From Acidobacteria bacterium UBA2990 (lineage in GTDB: Bacteria; Acidobacteriota; Vicinamibacteria; Vicinamibacterales; UBA8438): a stretch of DNA of 64,000 nucleotides. The notes beneath the pieces were generated by a model. It did not search any database and was not told the origin of the DNA. It was given only the letters and a program-made list of their open reading frames with translations. Location: assembly GCA_002347025.1 (NCBI GenBank), contig DEAE01000001.1:70623-134622 (forward strand), written 5' to 3'. The translations under genes and the position numbers were made by a program. Positions 18,157-28,310 of this stretch are shown here, one piece after another (the first letter of the stretch is position 1; every line of letters starts with the position of its first letter).

Positions 18157-20121
18157 TTATGGCAATGTCAAGGCCAACAACTCCGCATCGCTGCCTCCCC
18201 GGCCGACAGCAACTATGAGATATTGCTTTTCGCCGTGGAGATAAGTCACGGGGTTACCTCCTGGTACCGCCGGCAAATCGACGGAGCCCAGGTGCTCACC
18301 TGTTTCCTTATCGTAAGAACTGATGGTGCGAGAGCTTGCGGCCTGATCGGGGTAGTTTCGACCGCCGTGGTTCATTATCAATAGGGTAGGGGTGACCAGT
18401 GGTCCGGAACTGATGCCTCCGCCTCCTCCCAGTGGCGGCAGGTTCAGGTGGGCGAGTGCTTCGTGGTTCCTGGGGCCATCTCCGTGTGGCTGCATCCAGG
18501 CCTGGTCACCGGTATTAAGATCAAGTGCGGTCACTCGTTTGTAGGGCGGCTTGAAGATCGGTAACCCTTGCGGTCCAGGCATCCCGACGCCCCAGGGGTC
18601 GGTGAAATAGCCGATCGTTGCTGGAGGGGGATACTCGATCACTTCGACTACGATCAGTGTGCTCGACGATGACACGAACAGCTGTCCGCTTTCCACGTCG
18701 ACAGCCGAGCCTTGCCAGTTTGCACCGCCCCCTGCGCCAGGGACTTGTATGACTGGTTTGTCGGCCCCGCGCAGCACAGGTGGCGAAAATATTGGGCCAA
18801 ACCTGGCTCGACTGCGGACCAGTTCGAGCGCTTCAGCTCGCAGCTCTGGAGTGAAGTCGATTAGATCGTCTATGGCGATACCCTGTCGGTCAAACGGTGG
18901 TGGCTTCGTCGGGAAAGGTTGGGTTGTGGAATACCACTCACCTGGTACATTGCCTTGGGGAACGGGACGTTCCTCGATTGGCCACACAGGCTCGCCGGTC
19001 GCCCGATCGAGCACGTAGGTGAAGGCTTGTTTGCTCACCTGTGCAATGGCCTTGACCTCGCGTCCGTCGACTGTGACGTCGAGCAGGTTTGGTCCGGTTG
19101 GAAAATCCCAGTCCCAGAGTCCATGGTGAATGGCCTGAAAGTGCCAGGCTCGCTGTCCCGTTTCGATGTCTACCGCTACGATACTCTCGGCAAACAGGTT
19201 GTTGCCTGGTCGCATCCCGCCATACCAGTCGTTGGACGGTGTGCCGGTAGGCAAGTAGACGTAGCCGAGTTCTTCGTCGACGGCCATGTAGGACCACACG
19301 TTCGTGTGCCCGCTGTAACGCCAGGATTCGTTTTGCCAAGAATCGACCCCGAATTCGTCTCCCTGGGGAATGGTGTGGAAAATCCATTTCATTTCGCCCG
19401 TACGGGCGTCGTAGGCGCGCACGTCTCCAGGGGAAGCTTCGCGCAGTCTGATGTTGGTGTCTTGGATGATACTGCCGGTGATGATGGTATTGCCTGCGAC
19501 CGCAACAGGTGACGAGTAAGTCATCCGAGATGTATCGATGTCTCTGCCATAACCTTGAGTCAGGTCGACATAGCCGTTGTTCCCAAAATCAGGATATAAG
19601 GCTCCAGTTCTGGCGTTCAATGCGACTAGTTTCAGATCGTGGTTAGACATGAAGATGCGAGCGTCGTCACTTTCATCGTCTTCCCAGTACGAGAGGCCAC
19701 GGTGGTGCCAACCCACGTTGGGCGGTCGGTCCATATAGTCGTAGATGCGAGGATCGTAGGTCCAGACTGGTTCACCCGTGCCGGCATCTAGTGCGGCTGC
19801 CTGGCCAAGGGCGGTGCTGACATAGACTAACCCGTCGGCCATGAGCGGTGACGACTTGAAAGTTCCCGGGCGGATTCGGTCATTCTCTTCGGTGACCGAC
19901 CGCGATAGTGATGTCCAGCGCCAGGCGATTTCCAGTTCAGTGAAGTTTTCTGCAGTAATCTGATCAAGCGGCGAATACTTTGTGTTGGCGACGTCTCGTC
20001 CGAAGTGATGCCATTCGCCCTCTGGAACAGGTGTTTGGCCAGCTGCTGACTGAGCGACAGCAATGGTGACAATCAGTTTGATGCCGAGCAAAAAATACTG
20101 CAGCCAGGGGACCGTATGCAT
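18157..20121 (-). CDS. PQQ-dependent glucose/quinate dehydrogenase-like protein lacking the membrane domain
   Basis: KYSPLDQIT, PGDVRAYDARTG, FQAIHHGLWDWD, WPIEERPVP, TQPFPTKPPPF; GAGGAG RBS before ATG 20121. Confidence 0.88.
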   Translation of the reverse strand: MHTVPWLQYFLLGIKLIVTIAVAQSAAGQTPVPEGEWHHFGRDVANTKYSPLDQITAENFTELEIAWRWTSLSRSVTEENDRIRPGTFKSSPLMADGLVYVSTALGQAAALDAGTGEPVWTYDPRIYDYMDRPPNVGWHHRGLSYWEDDESDDARIFMSNHDLKLVALNARTGALYPDFGNNGYVDLTQGYGRDIDTSRMTYSSPVAVAGNTIITGSIIQDTNIRLREASPGDVRAYDARTGEMKWIFHTIPQGDEFGVDSWQNESWRYSGHTNVWSYMAVDEELGYVYLPTGTPSNDWYGGMRPGNNLFAESIVAVDIETGQRAWHFQAIHHGLWDWDFPTGPNLLDVTVDGREVKAIAQVSKQAFTYVLDRATGEPVWPIEERPVPQGNVPGEWYSTTQPFPTKPPPFDRQGIAIDDLIDFTPELRAEALELVRSRARFGPIFSPPVLRGADKPVIQVPGAGGGANWQGSAVDVESGQLFVSSSSTLIVVEVIEYPPPATIGYFTDPWGVGMPGPQGLPIFKPPYKRVTALDLNTGDQAWMQPHGDGPRNHEALAHLNLPPLGGGGGISSGPLVTPTLLIMNHGGRNYPDQAASSRTISSYDKETGEHLGSVDLPAVPGGNPVTYLHGEKQYLIVAVGRGGSDAELLALTLP

Positions 20122-20281
20122 TTGTTCTCCTCGATGGTCGCTAGTAGAGAATACGAGAATTATAGTGTCCAGGTAACCTAGATCGTTAGAATCAGGCTTA
20201 AGACGGGGGGTCAGTCTAGCTGAAAGTCGGTTCGGACAATATGTGGGTGAGGCCAAGTTGCCTGACAGAAGAGAGGTCAAT

Positions 20282-21532
20282 ATGAACGGTACGATCGTGA
20301 ACTGGCTCTGGTTCATGGGGGTGGGCTTGCTGCTCATTGCGGGGCCCTCGTCGGCTCAGCCAGGTATTGTCGTGATAGGTGGTGAGGGGCGGCACTGTGG
20401 CGAGGACCCTCACTGCATGAATCGCCTGCATCCTGAAATTCAGATGGTGGCGCGGGCCCAACCCGGTCAAACCATCGTGTTCAAGGCTCGCAATGCCAGC
20501 GATTTTGATCTCGACCCAGCCAGTACTTACGAGGACCCGCGCCAAGGTGACGGCCAGCTTGGTGCGGTTCATCCACTGACCGGACCAGTCCACATCGTAG
20601 GTGCGCTTCCAGGGGACGTGTTGGCTGTCACTCTCCTTGACATAGCGCCTGGACCATTCGGTTATACCGCAGTTAGTCCAATTGGTTTCGTATCCGACCA
20701 TGTGACCGGAGCATTCCGGGCTGTCTGGCGGCTAAACCGCAAAGAGGCGGTGAGCGACGATGTGCCGGGTGTGCGGATCCCAAACGCGAGCTTTCCTGGT
20801 ATCGTGACGGTCCTGCCAGGTCGCGAGCAACTTGAAGCAATGTTGTCACGGGAAGCCGAGTTGTTCGCGGTTGGCGGGGCTGGTTTTCCGCCTGATCCGA
20901 TGCATGCTTCCCCCGAGGCGCTTTGCGGTGCTAGCGGGTCTTATCCTGGCGAATGCCTTCGCACGTTGCCGCCTCGCGAACATGGTGGCAATCTTGACAT
21001 CCGATATTTACAGGTTGGTGTGACTATCTACTTGCCGTGCTATGTACCTGGGTGTGGGCTAGCGATTGGGGACCCGCATTTTGCCCAGGGCGACGGTGAG
21101 GTGTCTGGGACTGCTATCGAGATGGATGCTGACTTTATGCTGACCACCCGTCTCATCAAGGGTGGGACGGTTTTGTCCCGTGGGCCGCATTTCGAAGGGC
21201 CCGTGCGGGTGTTGGACATCCCGTCCCGCCGGTTCTATGCCACGACTGGCTTTCCGTTGAAGGGGATAGGGGAGATACCACCGGATATGCGCTATCTTGG
21301 TGCTACCGAACGAATAGCTGGTTTACGGAATCTTTCGAAGGACATTTCATTAGCAGCTCGTAATGCTCTGCTTGAAATGATCGAGTACATCACGAATACC
21401 TACGACCTGACTCCCGAGCAAGCTTATGTGGTGGCCAGTGTTGCGGTGGACCTTCGCATCGGACAGTTGGTTGATGCCCCCAATGTGGGCGTGACAGCGC
21501 TTTTACCGCTCGATATATTTTCGACCCAGTGA
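20282..21532 (+). CDS. Acetamidase/formamidase family protein with a signal peptide
   Basis: HPLTGPVHI.GALPGD, PREHGGNLD, GDPHFAQGDGEVSGTAIE, VDLRIGQLVDAPN. Confidence 0.9.
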   Translation: MNGTIVNWLWFMGVGLLLIAGPSSAQPGIVVIGGEGRHCGEDPHCMNRLHPEIQMVARAQPGQTIVFKARNASDFDLDPASTYEDPRQGDGQLGAVHPLTGPVHIVGALPGDVLAVTLLDIAPGPFGYTAVSPIGFVSDHVTGAFRAVWRLNRKEAVSDDVPGVRIPNASFPGIVTVLPGREQLEAMLSREAELFAVGGAGFPPDPMHASPEALCGASGSYPGECLRTLPPREHGGNLDIRYLQVGVTIYLPCYVPGCGLAIGDPHFAQGDGEVSGTAIEMDADFMLTTRLIKGGTVLSRGPHFEGPVRVLDIPSRRFYATTGFPLKGIGEIPPDMRYLGATERIAGLRNLSKDISLAARNALLEMIEYITNTYDLTPEQAYVVASVAVDLRIGQLVDAPNVGVTALLPLDIFSTQ

Positions 21533-21583
21533 GGGAGTGGTGGCTCGACGGTTGAATGAAACTTACAAAGAAGGCGAATTCAG

Positions 21584-22477
21584 ATGATTAAACTGACGAG
21601 ACGCGAGTGGCACAAATTGGTGACGACAGGAGTGTTGAGCAGCCTTGCTAGCCGCCAGATCCAGTCACAGGTGAGGCGACAGGAATCGCGGATAGCTGGG
21701 GTGCTGATAGGGATACAAAGTTACAGTTTTCGCGATCGGGATTTGCAGGGGTTGATCGATGGGATGGTTGCCACAGGGCTGACGAGTTGCGAGCTCTGGG
21801 AGGCCCATGTGGAGCCCCGTGAGCTGCGCGGACCAGATACCCGAGAGCAGTTGCGTCGATGGCGATTGACCGCACCGCTTTCGTATTTCCATGGGATCAG
21901 GGATCGGTTCACTGATGCTGGACTTACACTGAACTCTTACAACCTGAGCTTCAAAGACCATTTCTCCGACGAGGAAATTAACCGGGGCTTTGAGATGGCC
22001 AAGGCACTGGGTGTCTCCGCTATCACCTCGTCTGCCCAAGTGAATAGCGTGCCTCGGATCGCGCGAATGGCGTCTGACCATGGTATTCCGGTGGCCATAC
22101 ACAATCACTCAGATGTTGACCCGAACGAGTTCTCGAGCCCTGAGCAGTTTGCCGCGGCCATGGAGCTAGGTGACGGTCGGTCAATTACTGTCAACCTTGA
22201 CGTCGGCCACTTTACCGCTGCGAACCACGATGCGGTGGCCTACCTCCGCGCAAACCGGGCGCACATCACCACGATCCATCTTAAGGATCGCCAGAGGAAC
22301 GAGGGCCCTAATGTGCCGTGGGGTGACGGTGATGCCCCACTCGATGTTGTCCTGCGGATGCTGCGTGATGAACAGTGGGGCATTCCAGCCAACATAGAGT
22401 ATGAGTACCGCGGGAACGACACGGTTGAGGAGGTGCAGCGCTGCTTCGACTATTGTCGACGGGTACTCGAGGCATAG
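21584..22477 (+). CDS. Sugar phosphate isomerase/epimerase (xylose-isomerase-like TIM barrel), Tat-like signal
   Basis: LTRREW, GIQSYSFRD, IHNH, LDVGHF, HLKD, IEYE. Confidence 0.85.
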   Translation: MIKLTRREWHKLVTTGVLSSLASRQIQSQVRRQESRIAGVLIGIQSYSFRDRDLQGLIDGMVATGLTSCELWEAHVEPRELRGPDTREQLRRWRLTAPLSYFHGIRDRFTDAGLTLNSYNLSFKDHFSDEEINRGFEMAKALGVSAITSSAQVNSVPRIARMASDHGIPVAIHNHSDVDPNEFSSPEQFAAAMELGDGRSITVNLDVGHFTAANHDAVAYLRANRAHITTIHLKDRQRNEGPNVPWGDGDAPLDVVLRMLRDEQWGIPANIEYEYRGNDTVEEVQRCFDYCRRVLEA

Positions 22478-22610
22478 GAGTGCTCCTGCCCATTGGGTTG
22501 GTGGGATGACGGGCGACCCGCTGCTGAGTTGTTCAGGGGTTGTTCAACCGGATCTATTTTCGAGATTGTCTCGATTAACATGTTGCGAGCTTGCACAAAT
22601 TTGGTTTTCC

Positions 22611-23801
22611 ATGACTGGTACTACTCGACTCAAGTTGTCCGCCATGATGTTCCTACAGTTTTTCGTGTGGGGCGCATGGTCGGTGCCGCTCGGTACTTAC
22701 CTAGGGAGTGAGCTGGCGTTTCAGGGGCGGCAGATTGGGCTTGTCTTTGGAACAACTGCGGTGGCGGCAATGATCTCGCCGTTCTTTGTTGGCATGGTGG
22801 CTGACCGATACTTTGCTACCCAGAAGCTACTGGCTGTCCTTCACGTCCTTGGTGGAACGGTTTTGTTATTCACGTCGACACAGGTGTTATTTCCGATTTT
22901 CTACGGGTGTCTTCTGCTTTATTCAATTTGCTATATGCCGACACTGGCACTGACCAACTCGCTGTCGTTTCGCCAGATGGACGACCCTGCTCGCGAGTTT
23001 CCAGCGATACGGGTTTTGGGCACAATTGGTTGGATCGTCGCGGGGCTTGTGGTCGGGTTTCTGCGTCTTGAGGATACAGCTCGACCGATGCAGATTGCAG
23101 CCGTCGCTTCTGTCGGACTCGGGGGCTATTGCCTGTTTTTGCCGCACACTCCACCCACGATGGCGGCGGTGCGGGTGACCACGCGGGACGTGCTTGGCCT
23201 CGATGCACTAAGTTTGCTGCGACAGCCGTCGTTCGCTGTGTTCGTTGTTGGTTCGTTGCTGGTCTGCATCCCGCTGCAGTTCTACTACGCATTTGCCAAC
23301 CCGTTCCTGAATGAGGTTGGGGTTGTTAATGCTGCCGGAAAGATGACGCTGGGGCAGATGTCGGAGATCGGATTCATGCTGGCGATGCCGTTTTTCTTCA
23401 GGCGTCTAGGGGTAAAGGGGATGCTTTTGGTCGGGATAGCCGCATGGGTCACCCGCTATCTAATGTTTGCCTGGGGTGACAACTTTTCCTTGGGCTGGAT
23501 GCTATACGGTGGCATTTTATTGCATGGCATCTGCTACGATTTTTTCTTTGTTACTGGCCAGGTCTATGTCGACCAAGAGGCGCCACCTCACCTGCGTGCT
23601 GCTGCTCAAGGATTTATCGCTTTCGCAACCCTTGGGGTGGGAATGTTCATCGGTTCCTGGCTGTCAGGGCTAGTAGTTGACCTGTATATCGAAGGTGACA
23701 CTCACACCTGGAGTCAAATTTGGCTCGTACCAGCTCTCTTGGCCACCGCTGTACTGCTTCTCTTTGCTTTGTGCTTTCGCGACCGTCGGCCTGTGACTTA
23801 A
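22611..23801 (+). CDS. Nucleoside:H+ symporter family MFS permease (NupG/YegT-like)
   Basis: MMFLQFFVWGAW, CYMPTLAL.N, IRVLGTIGWI, GQMSE, LHGICYDFFFV.GQVY. Confidence 0.9.
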   Translation: MTGTTRLKLSAMMFLQFFVWGAWSVPLGTYLGSELAFQGRQIGLVFGTTAVAAMISPFFVGMVADRYFATQKLLAVLHVLGGTVLLFTSTQVLFPIFYGCLLLYSICYMPTLALTNSLSFRQMDDPAREFPAIRVLGTIGWIVAGLVVGFLRLEDTARPMQIAAVASVGLGGYCLFLPHTPPTMAAVRVTTRDVLGLDALSLLRQPSFAVFVVGSLLVCIPLQFYYAFANPFLNEVGVVNAAGKMTLGQMSEIGFMLAMPFFFRRLGVKGMLLVGIAAWVTRYLMFAWGDNFSLGWMLYGGILLHGICYDFFFVTGQVYVDQEAPPHLRAAAQGFIAFATLGVGMFIGSWLSGLVVDLYIEGDTHTWSQIWLVPALLATAVLLLFALCFRDRRPVT

Positions 23802-25255
23802 TTCAATATCGTTTTCACCATCCTGACGACGTGTCCGACCATGTCGTCCTCAACTTCGGGTGCCCAACCGACTGGTGAGGCATACTGGATCTGGATGACT
23901 TGCGCCTGATAAGCGTCCAAGCGAACTAGTTCACGGGTCGGGATATACAAGTTGTGCTCACCCATATAGCCGAACACCATGATCGGCCGGTCGTGGCGAA
24001 ATTCGTCCTTGATGCGCGCTCCGATGGGGGCGCAGATTTCTCCCTGCATCGCCACGATCGGCATCGGGCCCAATTTGGCCACTATCACCTCGTTGTAGAT
24101 GCAGGGATAGGTGTCGTGTAGTTGGTCGTCATAGCGGTCTAGGAACTCTTGGTCGCTTGTGTGAATCAGGTAGGTATCGTCGGTACAGACCATTTCAGTA
24201 GTCTTCGTCGGAAAAGGAATACCTTCGTCATAGTAGCGCAACAACATGCGAACCCAGTTTGAGCTTCGGTGCGGGTGGGGATAAGGCACGAACCCGATGT
24301 CTGGCGGTAATTCTTCAAGGAGATCCTGTGCCTCCGCGCGGGAGATAGGGAGGGCTAACGGTAGGCTAACCACTTCGATGCTGCTCGTGATTGGGCCGCT
24401 GACATCTTCGAGCGGTCCATTGGCGATACTGATCACGACCTTGGCGAGTTCATGTCCGAGCTTCCGGGCCTGAGCCTCCAGTAGAGCGTCGTAGGCGGCA
24501 GCTCCTTCGTCGCGAGCTGCATCCACGCGACTTTGCCAATCGGCTGGCAATCTGGGGAATTGGTTACCACCAGAAGCGTCAGAGTATAGAGCGAGAACAC
24601 CTGGGAACGTGGCTTCGATTTCGTCCATTGCGTAGCCGGGGTGCCCAGCATCAATGAGCGAGCGTGAGGCCTGTGCCGGATGCGTTCCGTGGTTGAATAG
24701 CATCGCTATGGGAGCCTGGTTTTGGGTGACCTGGAGGAGCTGGACCTCGTAGTCGACTGGTGCGTTGCCCCGCGCGGTAATGAAATAGCCGTATCCTGAG
24801 CCGAATTCAACTTGCACAGGACCACGTTCATCGGCGATCGCTTCGCTAATGAGATCGAACATCTGCCCTGCCAGTTGGCGCCCGTAGGCGAAGTTGTCTG
24901 GGTTGATCTGGATCGGCGCGTTGTGGTTATGCGTAGCTAGCAGGATCAGGTGTGATGAAGGAATGCCAAGGTCACGATTTACCCGCTGTCGAAGAATGGG
25001 TGTGGCAACGTCCAAGCAATTTAAGTCGTAGGTGACGAAGACCAATCGTTTGCTACCATCGTTGAGGACCAGGACCCTGGCGTGGATGTCTTCCTTGGTT
25101 CCTTCCGACATGCGGCCGTTGACCATCACGAGGGATTCGGCATTGGTGATTACGCCTCTGGCCACACCAGCGGTCATTGTTTGGGCTGTGGGCGCCTCTG
25201 CCACTCCCAGTGCGCTAACGAGCATGAATGTCACAAATCGGATTTTGGAAGTCAC
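23798..25255 (-). CDS. Neutral/alkaline ceramidase-fold protein, exported
   Basis: Signal peptide; ARVLVL, ATHNHNAP (HxH metal motif), NHGTHP, GASG-like DASGGN, GYMGE..YIPT. Confidence 0.75.
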   Translation of the reverse strand: MTSKIRFVTFMLVSALGVAEAPTAQTMTAGVARGVITNAESLVMVNGRMSEGTKEDIHARVLVLNDGSKRLVFVTYDLNCLDVATPILRQRVNRDLGIPSSHLILLATHNHNAPIQINPDNFAYGRQLAGQMFDLISEAIADERGPVQVEFGSGYGYFITARGNAPVDYEVQLLQVTQNQAPIAMLFNHGTHPAQASRSLIDAGHPGYAMDEIEATFPGVLALYSDASGGNQFPRLPADWQSRVDAARDEGAAAYDALLEAQARKLGHELAKVVISIANGPLEDVSGPITSSIEVVSLPLALPISRAEAQDLLEELPPDIGFVPYPHPHRSSNWVRMLLRYYDEGIPFPTKTTEMVCTDDTYLIHTSDQEFLDRYDDQLHDTYPCIYNEVIVAKLGPMPIVAMQGEICAPIGARIKDEFRHDRPIMVFGYMGEHNLYIPTRELVRLDAYQAQVIQIQYASPVGWAPEVEDDMVGHVVRMVKTILN

Positions 25256-25297
25256 TGTTCAGTTACTCCAGCACGTCGTTGTTGACGAGGGTCGGCG

Positions 25298-28294
25298 TTA
25301 GTGATCGTGTTGTCTGAGGTAGGCCAGCAGGTCGGCCAGTCCGCTAGCATCGAGCCCTTGTTCCAGACCATCCGGCATCAGTGAGCGGCCTTCTGTGCTA
25401 ATAGACTGGATTCGGCTTCTCTCTATCGTGTCAGTTTCACCGTTTGCCCGAGCCAGCGTGACGCTGACAGCGGTTTCAGTGCGTAAGATGCCGTCCAGTA
25501 ACTCACCATCGGCCGTTTCGACGAGGTAGTTAGCATACTCGGGTGCGACAGCGGCGCTGGGGTCCAGAATCGAGGTTAGAAGGTCTTCTTTCCCTTTGGC
25601 AAACGCCATGCCAAGGTCTGGCCCGACCGAGTGGCCTGTGTTGCCGAAAAGGTGACACTGCGCACAGAGGGCTTGGAAGTGTTCGGCTCCTCGGGTCGCA
25701 TTACCGCGTCGGCCGATGATCTCCGGTAACCATTCGTCTACCATCGTCTGGCGATTGCTGTACTCATGGTCTCCGAACAGTGCCGAAACTCGGACCTGTA
25801 TGTCGTCGGTGGAACGGCGAAGGAGTTGACGGCGTTGCCCGAAGTCCAGATTTAGTTCGCCGGTAGTGAGGTCGCCGGATTCTAACGCGTTGACGAGCAA
25901 TCCATGGAACGGCCGGTTTCGCAGTAGCATTTCGAGGACGATGCCTTTAACTTCGGCCCCGAAGCTGCGCCACCGAGTGAGTGTAGCCTGACCTCGATCG
26001 GCAGCATCTAGACTGGTCAGGGCTTGTGCGGCCGCCAGTTGTAGCTCGGGAGGGAACTGGGGTTCCATCAACAACAAGAGCGTCTTGCCCACTTGTTCGT
26101 AGTCCCCCAGGGCGAGCAGTTCTACCTCTTGGATTCGAATGTCGATATGCAATCCGTCGTCGAGCACACGGGTTAAGGCTCGCTCCATAGCCCGTGTTCG
26201 GGCTGGTAGCTGGTCGCTCTCGATTGCCGAGGCTATTCGGAGTGCAGACCGCAGAATTTCGGCATTCTCAGCTTGGAGCAATGGGGTGAGGTTTGTCGGA
26301 TCAATCTCTCCGGTCAACGCTGGATTTGTGGATGAGAGCCCGTCAGCAAGGCCATCCAGCAATGCCGCGCGAGTTGGGTCGTCAAGTTCGTGGTTGCGGG
26401 CCAACCTTAACATGGCGTTTAGCTCGTCATTACCGGTTGCTGTTGCTCCAAGGTGCCTGACAGCGTCTAGCAGGCCTGGGCCTGTGGGTGAGGTTGCTAA
26501 ACCGTCATCCGGCAGTAGCAGTGCACGCAAAACGGCACCAGTCTCCCTTCGGAGGCCAGCGAGTGTGGCATAGCGTGTCCATTGCGACTCTGCATCGCGG
26601 GCGAGTAGTTTCTGCAGACTATTGCTTGCTTCAGGTCGATCGAGTGTACTCAAGGTCAAGGCTACCTGCATTCTGACTCTAGGGTCAGGGTCGTTGGCCC
26701 GGGAAATTACTGCTTGGAGGAGTGAATGTGATGTCCCAATACTCCTTTCGGCCAGTGCTACGGCGTTTTCCCTGACACCAGCAACTGGGTCCGAGAGTGC
26801 TATCGCTATTTGCTCTGTTTTTAACGATGACAATCCTCGAAGCGTCCACAGCGCGTGTAGTCTGCCGACATCTACGTCGGTGGTTGCAAGCAAGTCATTG
26901 AGAAGATCCACAGCTTCAGTGTTACCCCGTTCGACCAAAATCCTTTGAGCAGTGTCGCGCCACCATTTATTGCGATTCGTTAACCCCTCGACCAGCCTGG
27001 CCGGGTCGGCGCTAGCGAGTCCTGGACTCACCATCGGCAAACCAGCGGCTGGCACGACCCGGTAGATTCGTCCCTTGTCGTCCCCCGTCCGCAAGTCGAG
27101 TCTGGCTTCGACGGTGTCTGGAATCCATTCGGGATGCTCGATGACGGCGCGGTGCATATCGACCACATACAGAGCGCCTTCGGGTCCGGTTGCCGCAGAA
27201 ACAGGTCGAAACCAGTTGTCTGAACCAGCCAAAAATTCGGTATTGTCGGCTGATCGGGTCGCGGTGAAGCTGGCTCCGGTTGCGTGCAAGACGTCTTGGT
27301 GGACGACATTCACAACAACGTCGTTGACGAAGAGGCTGCCTTCGTAGGCTGGGGGCAGTGAGCCTCCACCGTAGAAAGTGATGCCTGCGCCGCCGGAAAA
27401 ACGGCCGGATTGCTGTGGATTGTTGACTCGGGTCTCGGCGTCTGACGCCTGAAACAGGCGTGCGGATGAGCCGTGATCGGAAATCATGTGGCGTAAGGTC
27501 GGTACTTTCAACCAGGGATTTCGAGAAAGGTAGTGGGATGAAAACACCACGTGCTGGACGTGGTTGATGTTGTGAGTGCCGAACATTCGTCCCCATGGGT
27601 CGAAGGTGATTCCATGCCCACCGGTTGTTTCGTAGGAGGTTTCCAGTTCTCCGGTGTCTGGTCGGAACCGGAAGTCCATGCCGCGGATCGAGACAACTTC
27701 ATGGGGAGCCTTGGTCGAATATCCTGCTCCGTGGTTTCCACCATTGGCAGCGTAGACCCAGTTGTCGAGCCCCCACACTAGGCCGTTGATGTTGTGTTGG
27801 GTGTTACCGACCGGAAACCCACTGAAGAGCGTTTCTTGGCTATCGGCGCTGCCGTCCTCATCGTCGTCGCGCAAGAACAGAATGTCCGGTGGCTGGGCCA
27901 CCAAGATGCCGTCTCGCCAGGGTAAGACAGAGGTGGGGTACTGCAGACCATCTGCAAATAGTGTCCAGCTTTCGTAATATCCGTCGAGGTCCTTGTCCAC
28001 TAGGCGCTTGATGCGACCGAGTGGCAGAGATTCATCTGGTCGGATCGGGTAGCCGCCCATCTCGACGACGTACATCGCTCCGTCAGCATCGAATGCGATC
28101 CCGACTGGGTCAACAACTGCGGGTTCACTAGCTGCTAGTTCTAGGCTGAGGTCGTCTGGCAGTATGGTCGAGGCGATAAACTTTTCGGGATCGAGAGATC
28201 GGCCTGGATCGTTTTGGTCGATGCACCCCGATGCCGTGTAGCTCGCGAGAAGTGCTAGCGCGACGGTGGTAGGCCAAGTTCTTAGGGTTGGCAT
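25298..28294 (-). CDS. PVC-type heme-binding CxxCH membrane-associated dehydrogenase (beta-propeller + HEAT-like repeats + cytochrome c)
   Basis: Lipoprotein-like TASG-C; AASEP.VVDP, GLDNWVY, DNWFRPV, DMHRAVIEHPEWIP, CAQCH, SLMPDGLE. Confidence 0.88.
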   Translation of the reverse strand: MPTLRTWPTTVALALLASYTASGCIDQNDPGRSLDPEKFIASTILPDDLSLELAASEPAVVDPVGIAFDADGAMYVVEMGGYPIRPDESLPLGRIKRLVDKDLDGYYESWTLFADGLQYPTSVLPWRDGILVAQPPDILFLRDDDEDGSADSQETLFSGFPVGNTQHNINGLVWGLDNWVYAANGGNHGAGYSTKAPHEVVSIRGMDFRFRPDTGELETSYETTGGHGITFDPWGRMFGTHNINHVQHVVFSSHYLSRNPWLKVPTLRHMISDHGSSARLFQASDAETRVNNPQQSGRFSGGAGITFYGGGSLPPAYEGSLFVNDVVVNVVHQDVLHATGASFTATRSADNTEFLAGSDNWFRPVSAATGPEGALYVVDMHRAVIEHPEWIPDTVEARLDLRTGDDKGRIYRVVPAAGLPMVSPGLASADPARLVEGLTNRNKWWRDTAQRILVERGNTEAVDLLNDLLATTDVDVGRLHALWTLRGLSSLKTEQIAIALSDPVAGVRENAVALAERSIGTSHSLLQAVISRANDPDPRVRMQVALTLSTLDRPEASNSLQKLLARDAESQWTRYATLAGLRRETGAVLRALLLPDDGLATSPTGPGLLDAVRHLGATATGNDELNAMLRLARNHELDDPTRAALLDGLADGLSSTNPALTGEIDPTNLTPLLQAENAEILRSALRIASAIESDQLPARTRAMERALTRVLDDGLHIDIRIQEVELLALGDYEQVGKTLLLLMEPQFPPELQLAAAQALTSLDAADRGQATLTRWRSFGAEVKGIVLEMLLRNRPFHGLLVNALESGDLTTGELNLDFGQRRQLLRRSTDDIQVRVSALFGDHEYSNRQTMVDEWLPEIIGRRGNATRGAEHFQALCAQCHLFGNTGHSVGPDLGMAFAKGKEDLLTSILDPSAAVAPEYANYLVETADGELLDGILRTETAVSVTLARANGETDTIERSRIQSISTEGRSLMPDGLEQGLDASGLADLLAYLRQHDH

Positions 28295-28310
28295 TTGCTC
28301 CTCTTGTTCA

